In this document: positions 20,980 through 25,501 of the stretch, piece by piece | Numbering within the stretch: position 1 is the first letter of the stretch | How the letters are laid out: the number at the start of each line of letters is the position of its first letter | Origin: Spirogloea muscicola | Lineage: Eukaryota | Assembly (NCBI GenBank): GCA_009602725.1 | Contig: WELB01000032.1 | Coordinates: 228,762-254,262, forward strand | Direction: 5' to 3' | DNA length: 25,501 bases | Notes under the pieces: model-generated | Database searches by the model: none | What the model was told of the DNA's origin: nothing | The model's input: the letters and a program-made list of their open reading frames with translations, nothing else | Made by a program: the position numbers and the translations under genes

Positions 20980-23340
20980 GACCCGAAAGCCCCGTGCACA
21001 TCAATGGCCAGAGTAGGAGGAACTCGTCCACTATGGACGTGATGTGATGTCCCCTCCGTTTGGGAGTGCTAAACGGTACCTGTTTTCTGCTCCACTGTAT
21101 GCGCAGCCAAGTACGGTCCGAGGCCCCTGGGCTTTGGACCGCGCGTGCACGCGGCATCGTCCGAGAGTCGTACTGCCCGGGAGGCGCTGCTTCGCTGCAC
21201 GCGGTGTCTTCCGGAAACTGTTTTGCGGTGGCGTATGGCGGTGATGGCCGATGGATGGGTGGATTGACGGTGGTGACCTTGATATCCGTTGACAGTTCAT
21301 GGTCTTGTCGCCAACAAGAAACAGTCTGTGCCTATCTTCCCACCCAAGCCCGTATGGCTGGGCTCGCAGTCCGTCTGGCTATGAAGGGGGAATCCGAAAT
21401 GAAGGGCGATGAGTTCTTCACTCACCCTCGGATTCCCTGGACCTTGCCCCTGCAGTGACCGTTGCTTATTTCACCGTTGCCATCCCGTTTACCATCCGTT
21501 ACCATCCCAACGCTTTCCCCGCTTTCCTCGCTCCGCCGGCAGCCCGGGCTTGGCAATCGGCAGCAGAGAGTAGTTCGTTTCAGAGAGTGATTTCGTCATT
21601 TTTGCTGCTTCCGGCCCTTCGAGACCTTGTTAGATTTTACTTGGGCTGGCCTCTCACACCATCGCCTTCGAATTTAATAGCTGTCACTTTCTTTCTGAAA
21701 GACCTCACGTATCTCTTACAGCCATTGTCTTACCTCGGAGAAGCTGTCCAATTCAGCTCATCCAGTGCTGCACGGAGTTGCTAAGAAAGTGACTAGATAT
21801 TCCTAAAGGGGCGAGAGCTCTTAGATCGAGAGCTTCTCAAAGGGCGAGAGCTGTGGAAACCAGTACGGGTAAAAGTGACAAGGTCCAAAGGGCTGACAGG
21901 TGCTATACCGACATAGCTATACAAGTGACTACTGCGAATGTGGGCGTAGTAAGACAGCCGAGTCAGGAGCCGCAAGTCGGACTGTTTTGCAGCTAGCAAG
22001 GAGTGAGCTCTTCCGAAGGGGTGAGGGCTGTGAGAGGCCAGACGCAGCGGCGGTAAAACCGCGGCAGCTCACCTTGTTGTCCCGGCCGACGATATGGGCC
22101 GACTGCAAGCCGCTGCAGAAGGTCCAGCCACCGAGTGCCAAATGCCCCGTGCACGGTCACCGCCACCGCCAAAACTTAATCACCGGCGGACGACTTCGCT
22201 CATTGCGCTCGTTTCTGCTAGCAGCCTTGCAAGATGTACATTTCTTTGGCCTGCGGCTCTTCATCTCCTTTCATCGTTTCCAGGCTCCTGAAGTGCACAT
22301 GCGGACAGGCCGCCCTGTAGCTGCTACTTCTTAATTTTGTCGATATTAGTTTGCAAGCTGGGACTTGGGCCAGCTACGGGGTTACTAAATTGCCATCAGC
22401 CGTGCGACTTGCCTAGCTGTGTGATCTTAGCGCCATCTGGCATTTTGGACATTGTCCTTCGTACCTTGACTGGCCATTCGCAGCCCCGCCCCCTTTGGAA
22501 GAGCTCGCTCACTGTGAAGAGGGAGCCCAGAAATGATGGACAATGTTCTACCAGATGCCACCAAAACCACACAGCTAAGCAAGTGGCTACAGCGGCTGGC
22601 AGCTTAGTAATCCCGACTTAGCAGCCGCAAATCGGAGTAAGTTTCAGCTTGAAAAGAGCCAATATTGACAACATGCAGAAGTAGCAGCCACAGGGCGGCC
22701 TGTCACATCACTGCATGAGCCTGGAACCCGTTGAAAGGAAATGGAGAGCCGCATACCAAAGAGCTCTATGTTTGGCAAGGCTGCTAGGTGGAAAAAAGCA
22801 AATATGCGGATCACCCTGCCGGTGATGAGTTTGTGGCGCTGGCAATGGACGTGCACGGGCCGTTTATTACTCTTTCAGCTTCAGCTTCAGGAATGGACAA
22901 GAGGTTGTCCATTTCTTTGGGCTGGCCTCTCACAGCCATTGCTGTCAATCTGGAACAGCTCATTTACTTTCATTCTTGGCAACCGGTGACTGGAGTCCCT
23001 AAACCAGATCGGAGTCGTTTGCAGGGCACGCGGTCCGCCAGGCGGCCCGGGGCAAGGAGCGAAAATATGCCGATTACCCACTTGGTGATGAGTTCGCGGC
23101 CCTGGCGATAGATGTACACGGGGCTTTCGGTAGCCGCTGGCTGTATCTCCTCCAGCGGCTTGCCCGTCAGGCCATTGACCGGCGGCCGGGTCTGCCAGGG
23201 GCGATGCCCGGCTTCAACGCCGCCGGGTCGCTCGCCCAAGTCTTCCGTATGCGCCTGGCGGTATCGTATCAACGCTCCCTTGCCTACGCCGTCCACACGC
23301 GAGCAGGCCGTGCTAGTGGCTGCCGCCTCTGCGCTTCCTT
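20980..23340. mobile_element. Several 3' fragments of an RLE-type non-LTR retrotransposon in both orientations, separated by unassigned sequence
   Basis: Recurrent motif K.RKYADHPxGDEFxxLAxDVHGAFG..WL.LL.RLA at ~20980-21030(-), 22080-22360(-), 22645-22865(+) and 23000-23340(+). It resembles the C-terminus of a restriction-like endonuclease. Confidence 0.7.
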
Positions 23341-23429
23341 ACGCCATTCTCCGCCCTCGCCCAAGTTTCGGATAGAGGGGCACAATCCAGACTGGTTACG
23401 GCAGTGGAAGATTAGCGCCGCAGAAGCTT

Positions 23430-24290
23430 GAGGAGGCTGCCAGAGATTCACAACAATTCAAAGAGCCTGGCAAGACTTACTTCCCTCGCTACACCTGGAG
23501 CCACGGACTGGATCACCTCACACGCCGTGGCCAGCGCCTTCAGCATCAGCTCCGAGGCCGTTCGGACGTTGCTTCAGCTCTTCCTCGGCCTCCCACCTAG
23601 ATGCCTGATTGGGGTGCGCCAGTGTGAGTGCAGCTTTCCGTGCAGAGGGTGCTGAGCTCGCCACTCACATGCTGCGATGCCCCACTGGACCAGAAGTGGT
23701 GGGCATCCACAACCTCCTCCGTGATGCCCTGGCGGGTTTGATGCGCGACGCCGGGTACCGTGCGGTCGTGCAAGTGAACAACATCGTGCCTATCACCACG
23801 GATGCCCAGGGACGTCATCATCGCCGCACACTTGACACTGGGCGTCCAACCTGGTGGAGGACCACGGGCCTTGGTCGATGTTGTGGTTACGGAGGCCTAT
23901 AAAGGTCGAGCATCGACACACATCGCTGGCCACGCAGTGGGCAGTGCTGAACAAAGAAAGCTGCGCACTAGTCTGATTACCCCCAATGTGATCAGCTCCT
24001 GCCAGCGGCAATCGGCATCTTTGGCTGCTTAGGTCCTCGTTTCCTTACTCTCCTTTTTATTTTTGTTGTTGTTTGAAACATAGCCAATCTAGGCTACACA
24101 CGACTTGCAGATGTGTTCCCGGCTGAGATGGGCTTGCCTGCTGCATATCTGTCGGTCTTGCTGCAACGAGTTTCGGCCTGTTTGCAGCGTGCTCAGGCTA
24201 ATGCTTTGCACCAGAAAGCTGGGCGAGCTGTAGTTGGTGGCAGAAGGGCTTCGTATTTGCCATCTAGCATTCAGGCATCGATAAGCGACC
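23430..24290 (+). pseudogene. C-terminal part of a second CRE-like non-LTR element (zinc knuckle plus restriction-like endonuclease)
   Basis: ARLTSLATPGATDWI, LQLFLGLP, CEC...HMLRC, HNLLRDAL, RTLD, LVDVVV, AEQRK, FGCLG, LQRVSACLQRAQANAL. Frameshifted. Confidence 0.8.
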
Positions 24291-24620
24291 TTCCAGCCAG
24301 CGGCTGCCGAAAGCCCCGTGTACATCCATTGCCAGGGCCGGGAATTCATCCCCAACCGGGTGCTCAGCATATTTTCGCTCCTTGCCCCGGGCCGCCTGGC
24401 GGATCACCCGGTGGGAGACGAGTTTGTCCCACTACGTCGACGTAGACGGCGCCTTTGGCGCAGAATGGCTTGACCTGCTTCACCGCCTTGCGGGGCGAGC
24501 AGCGGCCCGTCGCTACGGGCAGCAGGGCGAGCAGCCTGGCTTCAATGTCGCCGGGTCCCTCGCCCAAGTCTTCCGGATGGGCTCTCTTTGCAGCGGTCCG
24601 TTGCCTTCGCGGTCCACTTG
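24290..24620. mobile_element. Two back-to-back RLE 3' fragments (24290-24400 minus, 24401-24620 plus)
   Basis: Minus: KERKYAEHPVGDEFPALAMDVHGAFGSRW. Plus: DHPVGDEFVP..VDVDGAFGAEWLDLLHRLAGR...PGFNVAGSLAQVFRM. Confidence 0.75.
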
Positions 24621-24794
24621 CGCGCAAGCCGCGCTTTGGCGGCGCCCTCCGGCTTCCGTCAGGGCGACGTCTTTCCGCCTGCTAGCTATTCAGACTTGCA
24701 TCTACTGACTATAGGTTACTGAACAAAGGACGAGAAGGGGCCAGGAGAAGCACTAAGAACAAGCAGCCAAAAAAGGAGCTCCCTTCTTCACAGC

Positions 24795-25501
24795 GGGAGG
24801 TTCTGTCGCGCCTCGTGGGGCGCACCCTAATCATGCAGATTCAGGACGATGCCCAGGCGCACTTCCATCCCCACCAGTTTGGGGCTGGGATGCGTGCTGG
24901 CGCTGAGACCCTGGTGCACGGGGTACGAGCGGCACTGGACGTCAACCCCCATTGGCTGGCCTTGAGCGTGGACGTACAGAATGCCTTCAACACTGTGGAT
25001 CGGCAGGTTATTGCCGAGGAGCTAAGGCAGTACTTTCCCACCCTCCTCCCTCACTTCCGATGCATGTATGGCTCGCCATCTGCATTGTTGTGGGGGGCAG
25101 GGAGTTCTTTGGCTGTTTTGCAGTCAAAGACGGGGACACGGCAAGGTGATCCAATGGGAGGTTTTCTCTTCGCTCTGGCGCATCACCGTGCTTTGCGCAA
25201 CACGGCGAGCGCTCACCCTGGCGTTCTCCTCCCGAGTTACGCGGATGATACCACGCTCCTCGGCCCCCCAGTGGAGGTGCTGCAAGCTTTCGGCACGCTT
25301 CAGCACCAGCTCCAGCTTATTGGGCTTGGGGTCAATCCGGCTAAGTGCTCCGCCTGGTCCCCTATTGGCATCCCTCTTTCCCTCTTCTCCTCGTTGCCTA
25401 CATCTTGTCAGACTCCAGAGGGCGGCTTGAGGATTTTGGGAGTGCCACTAGGGGACCCGTCTTTCTCGGAGGGTGCTGTCCTTGCGCGTCTCCAAGGATA
25501 C
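24795..25501 (+). CDS. Non-LTR retrotransposon reverse transcriptase, CRE-clade-like; 5'-truncated and open to the window end
   Basis: My translation is stop-free for 223 codons from ATG 24833: HQFGAGMRAGAETLVHGVR, SVDVQNAFNTVDR, GTRQGDPMGGFLF, SYADD, GLGVNPAKC, ILGVPLG. An in-frame EVLSRLVGR lies just upstream. Confidence 0.9.

Noticed and set aside
20965..21000. Hammerhead ribozyme (TGAATGAG...GAAA)
   Set aside because: There is no CUGAnGA core or supporting stems. The sequence is the antisense of the DVHGAFG endonuclease motif.
24833..25501. Bacterial RT (retron, group II intron, DGR)
   Set aside because: The QFG..G.E..VH and ILGVPLG motifs, plus adjacent CCHC/RLE remnants, fit a eukaryotic non-LTR element.

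Overview
This is a eukaryotic repeat cluster of decayed retrotransposons; no host gene, RNA gene or CRISPR array is visible. The tRNA-iMet primer site and chromovirus architecture suggest a green-lineage (alga or plant-like) genome, but this is inference. Bases 1-20.7 kb are nested, degenerate Ty3/Gypsy chromovirus LTR retrotransposons with two related LTR types. LTR-A is about 790 bp (TGTAACGT...CGTCACA) and LTR-B about 550 bp (TGTAACGATCC...CTACA). Four 5-bp target-site duplications can be read directly (GTCCA, GGCTG, CAGCT, GGTGG) and give a three-level nesting order. Notable structures are a gag-only element with both LTRs (13711-18979), a ~300-bp-arm inverted repeat directly after its 5' LTR, a clean 259-bp inversion, and two independent expansions of the Gag N-terminus. 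Bases ~21-25.5 kb are a mosaic of 3' fragments of restriction-like-endonuclease (probably CRE-clade) non-LTR retrotransposons in both orientations. The window ends in an uninterrupted RT frame (24833 to end) that the ORF track missed. Most ORFs in the track are antisense or GC-rich noise. All identities and boundaries were estimated by eye.
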